A stretch of DNA of 64,000 nucleotides from Marsupella aquatica (lineage: Eukaryota; Plantae; Marchantiophyta), in NCBI GenBank assembly GCA_973895155.1, contig OZ316897.1, positions 4,729,976 to 4,793,975 on the forward strand. The letters run 5' to 3'. Below, piece after piece: positions 26,716 through 39,113 of the stretch. The notes beneath the pieces were generated by a model that made no database searches, was not told where the DNA came from, and saw nothing but the letters and a program-made list of their open reading frames with translations. Position numbers and translations under genes: made by a program. Position 1 is the stretch's first letter. The number at the start of each line of letters is the position of its first letter.

Positions 26716-29565
26716 ACATTTCCAAGCTAGAGCTGAAACAAATAGTACAATTAAACCAAATCCTTATAGGGCCCCTCTATATCCCCGTCATACTATACAA
26801 ATGATTTTAGCACAAAGAATATGTATCTATTATGTAACTCTTTTGATAAGCAGGTCGCACCATACTCAATGAAATTTCACTATATGAGGCTATTTTGAAA
26901 GATCTTTCTAAGCCATTCAATTCTAAAGAACCCAGGAAATAAGTTTCCATTCAATACAAAGGGAGATATTGAATAACAAAGGTGATGTTTCAGAAACTTT
27001 TGTAAGTGCAAAGTGTGGATAGTGAGGGACGGGCTGGGGGAATCTTTAGAAATTCACAACTCTAGCATTCCAATTCTTCATCGAAACTAGAGACATCCTT
27101 GATTTAAAAGACCACTTCTAATGAGCCCCATAAGAGCCTAGTCAATTTGAAATCAAGAGAAAATATTGAAGGTTAAGTTTGTTTGTTCAAAATATTTGGA
27201 GAAGAGAAGGGGTCAATGAGTGACAAAGACCAAGGGACCCTTTAAAGTGATGAGTAAAACTACTTCCTAGTTTAGGGACTTATCCACCCACTTATAGCCT
27301 AACAAATTAATTAAGCCATTTAAAATCCATTTCAAAATTTGCTTTTCAGTACTCCATCATGCATGCTAACCCTACTTACCAAAATTTCCTAGATACACAA
27401 TTTTCAATTCCCAAACCAGTTCACCTCACAACAAAAGTAGCTTGAGCAAGCTTAACTTCCTTCTTTATATAAATAAAATCTAAGGTTTGAAGTTACAAAA
27501 AACATTCATTGCCGGCTGTTTTCTAGCAAGAGGAGTTGAGTTTGTCTCAGGTCTTGCCCAGGCTTTTAGTTGTCTATGGTTCAGCCAAGTCAATCCGAGC
27601 AAAGTTTCATCCTTCTTTGTGCTTCTTCCTTTTTGTGATAATCATGACATGAAAATAGTTGACTTACTTTGAGCTTCCCATCTCACCCCTAGCTTCTCGC
27701 TCATTTCTTGTAAGCTCTACACTCCAATCCCACTAAAGAAAGAATCTCCTCTCAATCTCTTTGTTACCCATCCTTTTTTAAGCTCCAAACAATTGATTCA
27801 ACCCTAAAACAAAAGTAATTCCTGAAAAAAGTCACAATGGTATTTGAACCCTGTTCCTTCAGGCTATGATCACAAAGAAAATCCAGCTAATCTGCTTCTT
27901 TGAAATTCCTGTAAAGTATTGAGTCATCATTTTTTCTGACTGATTTTTCTTTCATCCAAATATCAATGACTGTTAATTTGCTTGGCGCGATTATTTTTCT
28001 TTTGTTGATTTCCTTAAACCTTCCTTTTGTAGTCAGCTTCCTTCTTCAATGTACATAAGCATCATTTCCTCCGAGCCAAGGCTGACTTCAATCATCCCGT
28101 TTTTTCACTCATTCAAAGTTCTGTCTTTTCAGTTTCATTCCTTCACTTTTCTCTATCTTTAAGTTTCCTTACGTCTCCATTTATCAATCTCACTTGCACC
28201 TTCCAAATTCCCAAGCATGCGTACCCATTGCTTCTGTAATAAGATATTATTATGAGTTGTAGAGAGGGGAAAAAATGAGGATCCCTTCACTAACTTCCTA
28301 TCTTCAGTCTGTCAGGAGCACTGTAGCTTATCGGCATAGCCCAAGGATGTATGAAGAAGGTCACTTAAGTATCAACCATTGCTGTTGGGTTCAATCATAG
28401 GATGTACATCAGCCGATCATTCAATTGTGGCCTGGAGACTTAAATCACAGAATTTCCATTCACACAAAAGACAACTTCGAGGCTCATAATGAGCCTCCCG
28501 TACCTTTTCACCACCCGCTGCCCGCATCTTCTTCTTTACTTCTATACGCACCACTCCCTTCATTATTACTCTTTTCCCTTTCTTTGTACCGTCTATTGCT
28601 TCTTTGTGTGTGCGCAGACATATTCCAATTTGGTTTGGCACCAACACGAGAGGTCAACCCCTCGCTCCATTCTTCCCATCCTCCTCTAGACCATGATCAA
28701 AAGAAACTCTTCAAAATTATCTCAGATTCTAATTTCAGTATATTCAGCTGCCAATAGCATTTTTGGCTATGCTGCTCGTCCTCTCAAATCAATTCACCAA
28801 TTCGGATGTGACGGGACCAATGGTCCCAAGGAATGATTTTTAGTGACGCACACATGTAAATAAATAAATATGTGTCAAGTTTTTTCTTTTTTTTCTTTTA
28901 CAACCTTGCCAACAATACTTTATGCGCAATATAGATAAGGTAAGTAGTGATATTTTTCCAGGTCCTCTTAATTATCGGGCCAAGCCTCAGAGTAGGGGGG
29001 GTTGGCCGCTGGCCGGTCCGGGCCAAGGCATGTGCTCTATTGCCATTCCATGATGGAGCCGGGAGATTATCTAGCTTTACATTTTTATCACCAGCCCTAG
29101 TATTTGCGCATGGGGGCCGGTCGAAGGAGTTAGTGGCCAAGCGCCGCATGAGGTGCCCCGGTCAGCAACATGGACCCTAGCACAAATTAGCCCCGGCCAA
29201 AGAGAGCTGGCCATAGCAAGCCAGGGGGCCCGAAGAAGGGAGCCGGCCAAGGGGAGGCCCGGCCTTAGCTTATAGGGGCACAAAGGGGGGTTAAATTCCC
29301 CTTTCCAAAGAAGCCGGCCAAGGGCAGGAGGCCCGGGAGAAAGAAGCCGGCCAGGAAGAGCAGAAGCGGAGCCGGCCCGAGAAGGCGCAAGCAGGAGGGC
29401 GCGAGGAGGAGCCGGCCAAGAGGAGGCCCGCGTGGAAGGGGGTCGGCCATAAGGACGCCCATAGGGCCGCATGCCAAAGGGTGCGCGAAGGGGCAAAGAA
29501 AGGGGAGGCCTCGGCCATTAAGGCGCCCATAGGGGTGTGCGCCAGAGGGAGTGCGAAAGGGCAAA

Positions 29566-29995
29566 GCGAGGGGGAGGGGAGTAATAAATCCCCCACACCT
29601 GGAGGAGAAGGTACGTAGGGGGGGCAGTTAAGGGCCCCTGGATCCCAGGGGGATCCCCAAACTCGGGAGCATAGGGCACCGGGCCCCAAAGTGGTGGAGG
29701 GGGTTGGCCATTAAGGCGCCCATAGGGACGCGCGCCAGAGGGAGCGAGAGAGGGCGTGATGGGGGGAGGTGGATAATAAATGCCCCAACCCTGAGGAGAA
29801 GGTTCGTGGGGGAGGGGGGCAGTTAAGGTCCCTGGATCCCAGGGGATCCCCCCTTTTTGGGGCAGAGCAGGTGCGTAAGGTGATAAGGGGAGGGGGATTA
29901 AAATCCCCCAAACCTGGAGGAGAAGGTTCGTGGGGGAGGGGGGCAGTTAAGGTTCCTGGATCCCAGGGGATCCCCCCTTTGGGCAGAGCAGGTAC
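29566..29995. repeat. Three ~120-bp GC-rich repeats with palindromic cores (CCTGGATCCCAGG / GGATCC...GGATCC) and G-tracts
   Basis: Units begin near 29566, 29760 and 29886 and share gaggagaaggt.cgt.gggg...gcagttaagg..cctggatcccagggg. Confidence 0.85.
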
Positions 29996-30486
29996 GCAGG
30001 GTAGGAAGCACAAGGCCTAGGCCATATATTAGGAGCAAAACTTGGGGGGAGGAGCGACTTATTTAAGTTGCTCATTTCTAACTTCTTTCCTCAAGTTTTT
30101 TTTTGCGCTCCTCACACATTGCCGAACCTCATTTTCTCTCCTCATCAACCTTCCTCTTTGTGCCATGTTCTACCTCTATTTTCCTTGAGTGATTCTGAGA
30201 GCGGCCATGGAGTGAGCTGGAGTGGGGATTGACAAGGACTTGGAGAGGGAACCTGATTTATTTTATCGTGGTTGGGTACGGGGGCCGCACGAGGCCAAGC
30301 TTTGGGAATTGAGGAATGGGAATCGGTCACCGGTTGTGCTCTTGAGGGGGAGTGGAGTGGATGAGATCCCAAGACAGACCTGAGTTCACCAACGCTCGCA
30401 TTAGGAGGTACAAGGCAGCCTACTAGGAGTACATCGCTTTGCAGCTAGCCAGAGAAGAAGAAGAGAAATTGGCAACCAGGGCCACA

Positions 30487-32265
30487 ATGTCAGGGACCAG
30501 TGAAGCACCCATGTCACGAAGGACTCAACGACGTTCATACCCCAAGACATTGGCCAAGCTTCTGGACGATAGCCGTGAATTGTTTGAATCCACCGGGATT
30601 ATCAATTTAATGCGAGTGGACATGCGTGCTCCAGTGGATAGGCATTGGAAGATTGAGGATGGGATGGACTTACGGGATGATGGATTGTACTTTGCATGCA
30701 TCAAGCGCACCCTCCCTCATGACGAATTGACTCGGTTGCTGATGTTGCACAACCAAGACCTGACATTCTACCCCATGGAGCCACCAGGGACACTCACATT
30801 GGAAGAGCTGGCCATATACGTGAAGGAGGCTACCTCTGTGGTACACATTTCCCTTGCATCCTTCAAGGACCCAACGCTCAGGGGTTTTGTTGGAAAGGTC
30901 CATCAAAGGATACTCAGCCGGGTGCAATCAGGTATAATTACAGGGGAACACTTGGCCATTGCATTGGACATCAAGCAGCACCCGGAGCACACATACGGAT
31001 GGTGGGTGTTTGGTTTGAGGAAAACGCTGACCGCAGATCCCAAAGGCCACAAGCCTGGAGGAATCATCCATTTTCTTGGGTCATTTCTCTTGAACAGGAT
31101 GGAGGGGCTCATCTCAATTCCTGAACCAGAGGAAGGAGTATTGCCCTCCTTCCCCACCGTCTTACGAAAGATTGCCACCACCGTCGTGCAGAATTTGACC
31201 ACAGATTCCACCAAGGAGCTGGCCACTGATGTCATGGTGGAGGGGGCACCGGACGAAGAGGAGGATATGGATGAAGAGTTTACCATGCAGTGGTTGGAGT
31301 CCTTGATTGGTAATCCCGAGGAGCCCATTGTGTATGACATTCCAGAGGTATACTTGGCGGAATTACAAGAGTACCGTGATGCTATTAACGAGGGCTGGCA
31401 ATTGTGCAAAGCCATGAAGTGGGCTCTGAGTAGGGCCAATGCTAAGGTGGCCACCTTGCAAGTTGGGCACAAGGCACTGAAGGAGGTCATACTGTCCAAG
31501 GAGGAGACTATTCAAGAGAGGAGTAGGTTGTTGAAGCAAGCCTATGACCAAGTTGGCCACTTGCAAGGAGCCTTGTCCACCAAGGCCAAGGAGGCCAAGG
31601 AAGTAGTTGCTTTGAGGAAGGAGCTGGTAACAATGAAGCAAGCCGAAAAGGGCGTGGATGCCCTCAAAAAGCAGATTTCAGAGTTGTGTGGCCAGGTGAG
31701 TGCTTATGAGACAAGGGCCAAGAGAGCCGACGCCCTGAGTCTAGGGAAGAGGAAGAAGCCCTGTCCACCCGGTGTTACTCCTGTTGCTTCGCCAGAGATG
31801 TTGGCCAAGGCCATTGATGCAATGGTCATCGAAGTAACCAAGACTTACGGGCCAATGTTGGAAGCGGCCAAGAAGGACGAGGAGAAGTGCAAGAGCCTGG
31901 AGAGTAAGTTGAAGTCAACCCGCAAAGCACTAAGGAACGCAACATCTGGCCAGGGAACCACTGGTATGCCACCTAGGTCGGTGACCCCGGGAACTCCCAT
32001 GGCCATGGGCCAGGTCTTGCCATTGGAATTGCGGGGTGATGAGGAGACAACATTGTGGAAGGACACCATCGGTCACGGGTACATCAGGGCTTGGCAGGCT
32101 TTGGCGGCATTACGGAAGCAAGGAACCTCGGGCCAAACGTCGGGAAGGGCCACCCCGCGGAAGAGTAGGGGAGGAGGTGTTGCATCTACCCAGGGGGGCA
32201 GTGAGGCCAGTGATGACTCTCGGGGATGGAGCCCCGGCACCATAAGTGAGTCTGAGGAGGATTAG
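30487..32265 (+). CDS. Intact TE-encoded protein (592 aa from the first ATG): globular N-terminal domain, acidic linker, long coiled coil, disordered tail
   Basis: Uninterrupted intronless ORF of 608 codons from the TTG at 30439. Heptad-rich K/E/A/L segment in the second half. Architecture recalls accessory ORFs of plant retrotransposons (inference). No RT, integrase, DDE, HUH or tyrosine-recombinase motif recognised. Confidence 0.75.
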   Translation: MSGTSEAPMSRRTQRRSYPKTLAKLLDDSRELFESTGIINLMRVDMRAPVDRHWKIEDGMDLRDDGLYFACIKRTLPHDELTRLLMLHNQDLTFYPMEPPGTLTLEELAIYVKEATSVVHISLASFKDPTLRGFVGKVHQRILSRVQSGIITGEHLAIALDIKQHPEHTYGWWVFGLRKTLTADPKGHKPGGIIHFLGSFLLNRMEGLISIPEPEEGVLPSFPTVLRKIATTVVQNLTTDSTKELATDVMVEGAPDEEEDMDEEFTMQWLESLIGNPEEPIVYDIPEVYLAELQEYRDAINEGWQLCKAMKWALSRANAKVATLQVGHKALKEVILSKEETIQERSRLLKQAYDQVGHLQGALSTKAKEAKEVVALRKELVTMKQAEKGVDALKKQISELCGQVSAYETRAKRADALSLGKRKKPCPPGVTPVASPEMLAKAIDAMVIEVTKTYGPMLEAAKKDEEKCKSLESKLKSTRKALRNATSGQGTTGMPPRSVTPGTPMAMGQVLPLELRGDEETTLWKDTIGHGYIRAWQALAALRKQGTSGQTSGRATPRKSRGGGVASTQGGSEASDDSRGWSPGTISESEED

Positions 32266-34428
32266 TAGTGGTACGGATGTTGACCGTATGGAGGTTGACC
32301 GTACGGAGGTTGGTTTTGGGCACATGTCCAACTGGCCAACTCATGGGCTTATTGGAAGGAGCTCATCGAGCTGAATCTAAGGATGTAAGACACGCCTCAA
32401 ACGGAGTTAAAATGAGAGAGATACGGACCGGAGCGTTTTGGTGAAGAATTAGGGTCCGATGCCGTACGGGCGTCCGTACAAACTTCAGGAGAGTGACCCG
32501 GCCAAGTCAGGGCATGTGGCCATGGCCAGGGTACCTCAATTTGATGTCGCGATGGGGACCGTACGGACTATTTGGACACGGCGGTGGCCAGGGTAGAGTT
32601 TGGGACTCGGTAGGCCATATCTCGGGCGTCGGATGTCCGTTTTGGGAGCCATTTTCAGGGTTACGATCAGGATGGCCATGGATACTCATAAAATTTCTCA
32701 GGACCAGATTTCGATCAACTTCTACTTTCGGCTATTTCCATGGCCAGAGTAGTGGGGGGCCTTGGCCGCCCCGTAGTAGGAAGGTAGGCCATGGCCTACA
32801 TAGGACATTAGTCTAGTTTTGTTTAGTTGGTGTGATGGCTGACGAAGGCACCGTTGGCCTCACTTAGGTAGCAATAGGATTAGGGGTGCATGTGTGTGCC
32901 GCATGTGTAGAAAACTTTTAGGTTAGCGGCGCCGCCAGTGGATGGCGGCCAACCAGGGCAGTGGCTGTCGCCACACCCTAGGGCTTGTGTGTTCACGCAT
33001 TGTTGTTTTCAGTATTTAACCAGCAGCCCCCGGTAGGAGCAAGGGGGGAACTCAGTCTAGTGCTGGTTTTAGGGAAGTTAGCTCATAGCCAGAAGCGGGA
33101 ATCAAGCCAGAGTAGTGAGGTAGAGGTGTAGCACTTGCCCCGTGAGGCAGGAGTTGGGCAGACGGTAGGAGGCTGGGTTGTCCTTGCAATGTGTTACGAC
33201 GTTTTGCCAAAAGATATGGATTTGGTTTGATTCCTCAAGTTTTGGTGTGGCGTTATCTTTTCTGGTTCACGATTGTGTTCTTTCCCAAGAAGTGTCTAAG
33301 GAATCCTTGCACGGTTTGGTCAACCCTGTGAGAAGGAGGGGTGGTGACAGCACTCCATCAACGACCAGTGGGAGTGTGTGTGGTGTAGTCCATGGGACTT
33401 GATCAAAAGCAGAGAGGCTAGTCGGTAGACTTGATCAAAAATTACACTTCCGGGAGCGGAATCAAATATACTCATCCTACATGCAATAGAATCCGAATAA
33501 CGTCCCTCCACGTTCCCGTCATACGATAACAAACGATTTTAGTGGGAGGAAATACGAATTTGTCGTGTAAATCGTTTGATAAGCAGATGACACCGGACCA
33601 TACCAAACTCATTTTCTTGCTTTTGCAATACCCGTCGCAAGCTGAATGCCATACATGGTAAATATAAAACAATGCTATCCCAAAAAAACTACGTTCCTGC
33701 AAGATAGGCCTGGCACTACGTACTTCCATTTGGAAACATTTTCCCCTCCATTGCTATAAAACTCAATTATCTGAATTCCCAATTGAATGCCCAGCGTTGC
33801 TTTCTCAATATTTCCCTTGTTTTGCGCATCCTCCTTTTTCCACAAGCTTCCACAAGCAGTCGACCAAACAAGTCATCACAAATCATACATTCAGCTTGAG
33901 AACTGCAGATTTTTGGTGACGCTCCTACATGAGAAAACTTTTCTCAAACTTTCGTTCCTTTCAGCATCTTCGTTTCCCATCAAATCCACCTGTTGTGACA
34001 TGCATGAATCCTCATCACTTTGCTTCACAGAGAGTTAATCTCATGAGTTATCAGTTACTTTCATCAATAAGCCTGATATAAGTTGCCACCTCATCTCAAA
34101 GAGGCTACCAAGTTGTGGTGCGAGAAAACAAAAACAAAATCTGAGGGGAAAAGTTTTTTTTTTAAGTTTTTGCACCTTGGGGCATCCGTACTGTATGGAC
34201 ACAATAGTTTTCTGAATTTGTTTTTGGATTTTTTGTTTGGTGGGTTATTTTTTGGTCCATACGACCATCTCAAGGAGGTCACCCAAGATTGAGTCAATCT
34301 CAATTGCCCAACTGAGATGCAAAGGCCCCATCTCAGCTCCTTAGCTGAGATTAGGCAAAACATATTGTCTATAGTTCACCTGTTGGGTCAGCAAAAGGAG
34401 GTCAAATTTGGTAGGGCACCCGATGGTG

Positions 34429-34796
34429 TGTTAGACATTTACTCTTAGGTCTAGAGTTACTTTTTCACTACAGTTAGTCAAGCCTTAGTCAGGTGCTTGG
34501 TTATTGTTAGATTTATGCAACTACTACTTACACTAGCAAGACTTAGTGAGTGTAACTTAGACTCATTGTTACGGGGCCACATAGGAAATAGGAAGAGCTT
34601 AGTCTGTGGAGATGTGGTATGGCTAACAGGCTTAGAGTTCAGTAAAACTCTCTTGTGTGTTTCGGTGGACGTAGCCTCCAGTGAGGTGAACCCTCGGTTG
34701 AACCACATATCTCCTATGTCCACTACTTGTGTGTTTGGTGGATGTTGCACATGTGCATGCTGGCTTATAAGTAATGGTCATTCAATTTACTTAACA
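34429..34796 (+). mobile_element. Solo LTR, 368 bp
   Basis: TGTTA...TAACA termini. Perfect 5-bp TSD TGGTG at 34424-34428 and 34797-34801. Confidence 0.9.
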
Positions 34797-35185
34797 TGGT
34801 GGGTCAAGGTGTTTTGATCGGATGTTGGTCACTAATTGCTAAACCATTGGAGATGCTTAAATAATCCTATTCAATAAAGTGTATTTTCTATTGTTCACAA
34901 ATCAGTCATGAAATGTACACTTTCATGACCCCAAATGTGCACTTTGTGATCCCTAAATTTACACTTTATAGGCCAAATCATTTAAGTATTATTTATTAAT
35001 AATAATACATATTATCTTCATTATAGACTCAAACACAAGTGTGGGGTAGCCATCAAACTTAGACACACAATTGATTGGGGATTTGACCAGGCCCTTGGGC
35101 GGCGGGCAGTCAGAAACTTATAAAACTTGGTGACTCCTCAATCAACAGGCATCTATAGAGTCACATTACCTCTTGATTTAGGGAC

Positions 35186-35752
35186 TCACCACAAAACCTA
35201 CAGAATATTACTCTGAACAAAATATACAGTATGTGAAGTTTTGATAAAGCTGGATAATTTATTGGATGATGGAGAATTATGTTTTAGCTGAAAATTGTTT
35301 GGTGTGATCCTAAGTGTGATCTCTGAAGTGCAAGTTACCTACAGGCAAAAGTTGAGACTTTGAGAACATCTCCAACAGATCTTCTATCCTCAAAAATCAA
35401 TTTTTATAAACTACAATTTACATTTGGGCACTTTTCTTAAGTCATTTGTTTTGCAGAAGCATAAACCGTTCACCCTTCACTTAGAATATGTTGACTTATT
35501 TGAAGAAGTACATAGCTTAGTTTTGGTTTGAACTTTGCTCCACACACCTAAAGAAAGTGTGGATCATAGTATGTGAAAATGTGATTTTTGAAGATATAGA
35601 ATTGAGTGTCAAGATGTCCAAAAAGTCCCCTTTTTTCAGCAGGTAGTTTGAATGCTAAAGATCACACCAAACAGTTTTCAGCCCAAACATAACTCATTTA
35701 GTTGTAATATTGGGGCTTTAAAAACACTTGCATTATGTAGGGTTGTGGCACC
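35186..35752. mobile_element. Fold-back element with long inverted arms (MITE or MULE-like)
   Basis: ttatgttttagctgaaaattgtttggtgtgatc (~35278) is the inverted partner of gatcacaccaaacagttttcagcccaaacataa (~35660). Pairing continues inward (tcaaaaatca / tgatttttga) and outward (ccacaa.cctaca / tgtagggttgtgg). Confidence 0.7.
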
Positions 35753-36011
35753 CACAGTCAAGCAGCGGCTCGTTGTGTAGTGACATTTGTAGAGTTAGGT
35801 GCATTTTATGAATTTATGATGGCCCATAAAGTCCTGAAGATGCAGGAGGGGCCTGGATAATCCTTCTTTGCCCAAACCCATGAATTTAGGAAACAAAATT
35901 GTGATGAAACTTTAAAGAGGGAAGGGCTGGTATTGTCCTGAAGCTTGTCTTTCTCACTCTTATGGGAAGAGACAGCATCTCACTCAAGTATCTAATTCAA
36001 TTAAATATTTA

Positions 36012-37164
36012 CGGACCCCCATTAGGGGTTCTTTGCAAAATTCCTGGTTCCACAGTGCGCCACATCACCATGGCACGCTGCAAACAGGAAGAGACTTGTT
36101 TTTGGAAAAAATTAATTTCTGCATTCGTGTTGGTGGCAAGTTTGTTGTAAAAACTAGGACGCCATGCCGTAAAAAAGAATGTAAAAAAACTAACATGCAA
36201 ATCAAAAGACAAAAAGATTGAGGTAAAAACTGTTCTCAATAACTGTTTTATTTACATTTTGATTTTATTCAAAACATAAAATTTTCCAGGTAGCAATTTT
36301 TGATTTGACATTGCAAAGTCAAATCATAATGAAAACTCATGTATAATATGGCGATAGAAAGATCTTGAAGAGACGGTCCTGAGGAGCTCAACATTGTCAT
36401 CATTAGGTAAGAATTGAGTAAATAATTTGAAAAATAGATTTTACCCATGATTTCATAGTCTCTAACGTGAATAGAAATCTTTGTTGTACAACCCCTGAAA
36501 TGTTTACCCCTTCCATGAGAATGAACCTAAAATTGACAGATTTTATAGAATACTAAAGAGATTATGAATTTTAAAATTTCTTTAGCTTTTTAATTAACTT
36601 AACATTGATAGATTTAGTTGAGTTCTAAGTAGATTATAAGTTTCCAATGTTCTTTAGCTTTCCAATGAGTGTAACATTGGGAGATTTTATCAAGTACTAA
36701 AGTGGTCATGAGTTTCTAACTTTCTCTAGCTTTTGATTGATTCCAAATTCCACAATTGAAGATTTGTTTCCATGAAACTTTTTGTTTTAAATGATAATGC
36801 AAAGTTATTGATTTGATGACACCGATGACTTCTCTCTCTTCGTCTATCTACGTGTAGGAATTGAAAGTGATTACTTTTGATGCAACTTGAGTGCATCCAA
36901 CATCCCTTCGATATCGTGGAGGAAACCGTCGAGCACTGTTTTGCTGAAGTGGGCAATTAAGCTACCCACACATTAAACAGTAGTTCACAATGTAGCTGGT
37001 TTTGCGATTGATGTTAATTATGGTTGACTTGGTAAGTTTGGCAACTGTTTCAAGTGTCAAACATTTACTTGTCCATTTTTGAATTTTTTTCCTTTTGATT
37101 TGGAGGTCCATCTAGGCTTCAGTTTCTAGATAATTGCCTCTAAAATAACATGGGGGTCCACGGA
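36012..37164 (-). mobile_element. Family A, copy 2 (1153 bp, diverged)
   Basis: TTA|CGGACCCCCAT...ATGGGGGTCCACGGA|TTA, with the same ~70-bp internal sub-repeats at ~36510-36730. Confidence 0.8.
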
Positions 37165-37443
37165 TTAATTTACAAGGATGGGCAAGATTGAAAGATAAAT
37201 ACAAAGGTATAAAGATCTGTAGGAAAGAAAAATGAAAAACAGTAAGACGTGGGGGAAAAAATCAAAGTCCTTTCTCACATCACAAGAAGAGATAGCATTT
37301 CACTCAAGTATCTAAGTTCAATTCAATATTACTTAATTATAAAGGTAATAATAACACTATATTTTAATAAGGATGGGCAAGATTGAAATATAAAATAGAG
37401 GTCAAAATCCTCTAGGACAGGAACATCAAAAAGTATCAAAGAA

Positions 37444-37735
37444 CCAACTGGTTGTGGTCAGTTGGCCAGGGGATGAGCCTAGAACTAAGAGGTCCCAGGT
37501 TCAATCCCCCCTCCACATGCAAGGGTTGTGGAGGGTGAGTGTGTGTGTGGTTGTGGTGTAGTGGTGGGAGTATTGATTTCTCCTCAGCCCTGGCTGGTCC
37601 GCTTTGACTTCTGGTCCAACCCTCGTTCCCTCCTGGTCCTGGGTATGACCAACCTTGTGAGCTACCCTACAGAGGTGTATGCTCAGGAGTTGATCGTCTA
37701 TCCTCTCTTGAATGGGTCAACTTTAGGTTTCAAGG
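37444..37735 (+). mobile_element. tRNA-derived SINE
   Basis: Box A-like TGGTCAGTTGG and box B GGTTCAATCC near the 5' end. ~17-bp TSD caaaaagtatcaaa(a)gaa at 37427-37443 and 37736-37753. Confidence 0.85.
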
Positions 37736-38999
37736 CAAAAAGTATCAAAAGAATAAGAGGGGGCAAAAATAATTCACAATCCAAGAGTACAAAAGATGCA
37801 CCTTGAAACAAAAATATAAAACTACTCAATAGAAAAAAAAACTTGATTAGTCTCCTGAACCAAGGTAAGACCTGAATTCAAACCTTACAATGTTCCTTGC
37901 ACAGCTGTGCTTTACAATATTCCATAGAAAATGTCAACCACATTGAAGGAAAACAGCCCTGGCCACCACCACTATATCTAGTCTGTTGCAACCATCACTT
38001 GACACTCATAAAATCAGAACATAGTAGATGACCAAGGGAAACCCTATCTGAATGACAAACCACAGGAGAAAAGCTGCATATTTTCATTACAATTACAACC
38101 AGAACAAACAAGCACAAAACTACAATGCCTTAAAGCTCAGTGGATCTTGTATGAGTGAATGGATACAACTTTGGAGTGTATTTTGAAATTGCCAGTGATC
38201 ATACATCAGTATTTTATATATTTTAACTACATTGAGACTATTTTGATTTGCCCTAAACCCTACTACTGCCACTCTATTTTATTGTATTTACAAATATGCC
38301 ACAGTTTTGGTATATGATTACCTTGGTTGTGTTGGTGAACTTCTTGTCCATAAACCAAATAGTGGCAGCAGCTTAAAGCACAACTGCCCTTCAAAAGCTA
38401 CGGGTTACCGTAGTTAACATTAAAAGGAGATTTTTCCTGAAATTGTGGAGCAAACTGACATGCTAGAGGAGAAGAGTGATTGAAATGTGGAAAAAGGGGG
38501 AGGTCTTGGAGACTTTTCCTTATATATGCACAATTTGAGGCTGCTATATGGTGAACACCTTCTACCCGATTTTGTCTTATTAGAAGAATAAATCCTGAAT
38601 TTTCTTTTAAATCTAGCCTAGTCTATCATTTCACTTTGTATTTGGTTTGAATTCAACAAATTTTCTAACCCCTATTATTTATTTCAAGTCCATGATTTTT
38701 ATTTCATATGTTAGGTTTTACTATGATAGCTTATCATGTATTTGATGAGATTTTTATTTTGTATGGCATGGCAAGGTTAGACTCACCAGGACGCACCAGT
38801 ACAAAAACCAGTGATACCCTGTAGGTTATATCTCCATTGGTGAAAAACTTTCCAACCCTTATGGTTTAGAGGTTAATAGTGTCACCTAAATAGTGAATCT
38901 CTCAATAGGGGCCTAAAAGTAGAGTACAAAGTTAGAGTACAAAGCTAGCATACTTCTCTGTTAACCACAAAGTACTATACCCCTAAGGTACTTTGACTT

Positions 39000-39113
39000 A
39001 TAAATTATGTACTTGCCTTTCACCTAAAAAGTACAATAATTTCTTCAATTTAAAGGTTAAATTATGTACTCGTCTTTCACTTAAAAAGTACTGTAGTTTC
39101 TTCATTTTAAAGG
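39000..39113. repeat. 57-bp tandem duplication
   Basis: taaattatgtact...ctttcac.taaaaagtac...tttcttca.tttaaagg occurs twice. Confidence 0.85.

Larger units (their letters stand above)
28975..33439 (+). mobile_element. Family X insertion, 4465 bp, single ORF, AATTA on both flanks
   Basis: Abrupt GC-rich block. AATTA at 28970-28974 and 33440-33444. Removing the element and one AATTA restores an in-frame - strand reading DSAPGSVI|KRTWKNITTYL. No LTR pair and no clear TIR. Confidence 0.8.
28400..34030 (-). pseudogene. Decayed coding sequence split by element X, possibly a Ulp1-like (C48) protease remnant of a DNA transposon
   Basis: Fragments FFGIALFYIYH...KMSLVW...DLHDKFVF.P...GTW.DVIRILL and MSIFDSAPGSVIKRTWKNITTYL follow the Ulp1 motif order loosely. 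Many stops and frameshifts; boundaries approximate. Confidence 0.3.

Noticed and set aside
29077-30020. Several Pro/Gly/Arg-rich ORFs on both strands
   Set aside because: By-products of GC-rich repeats in the 5' part of element X.
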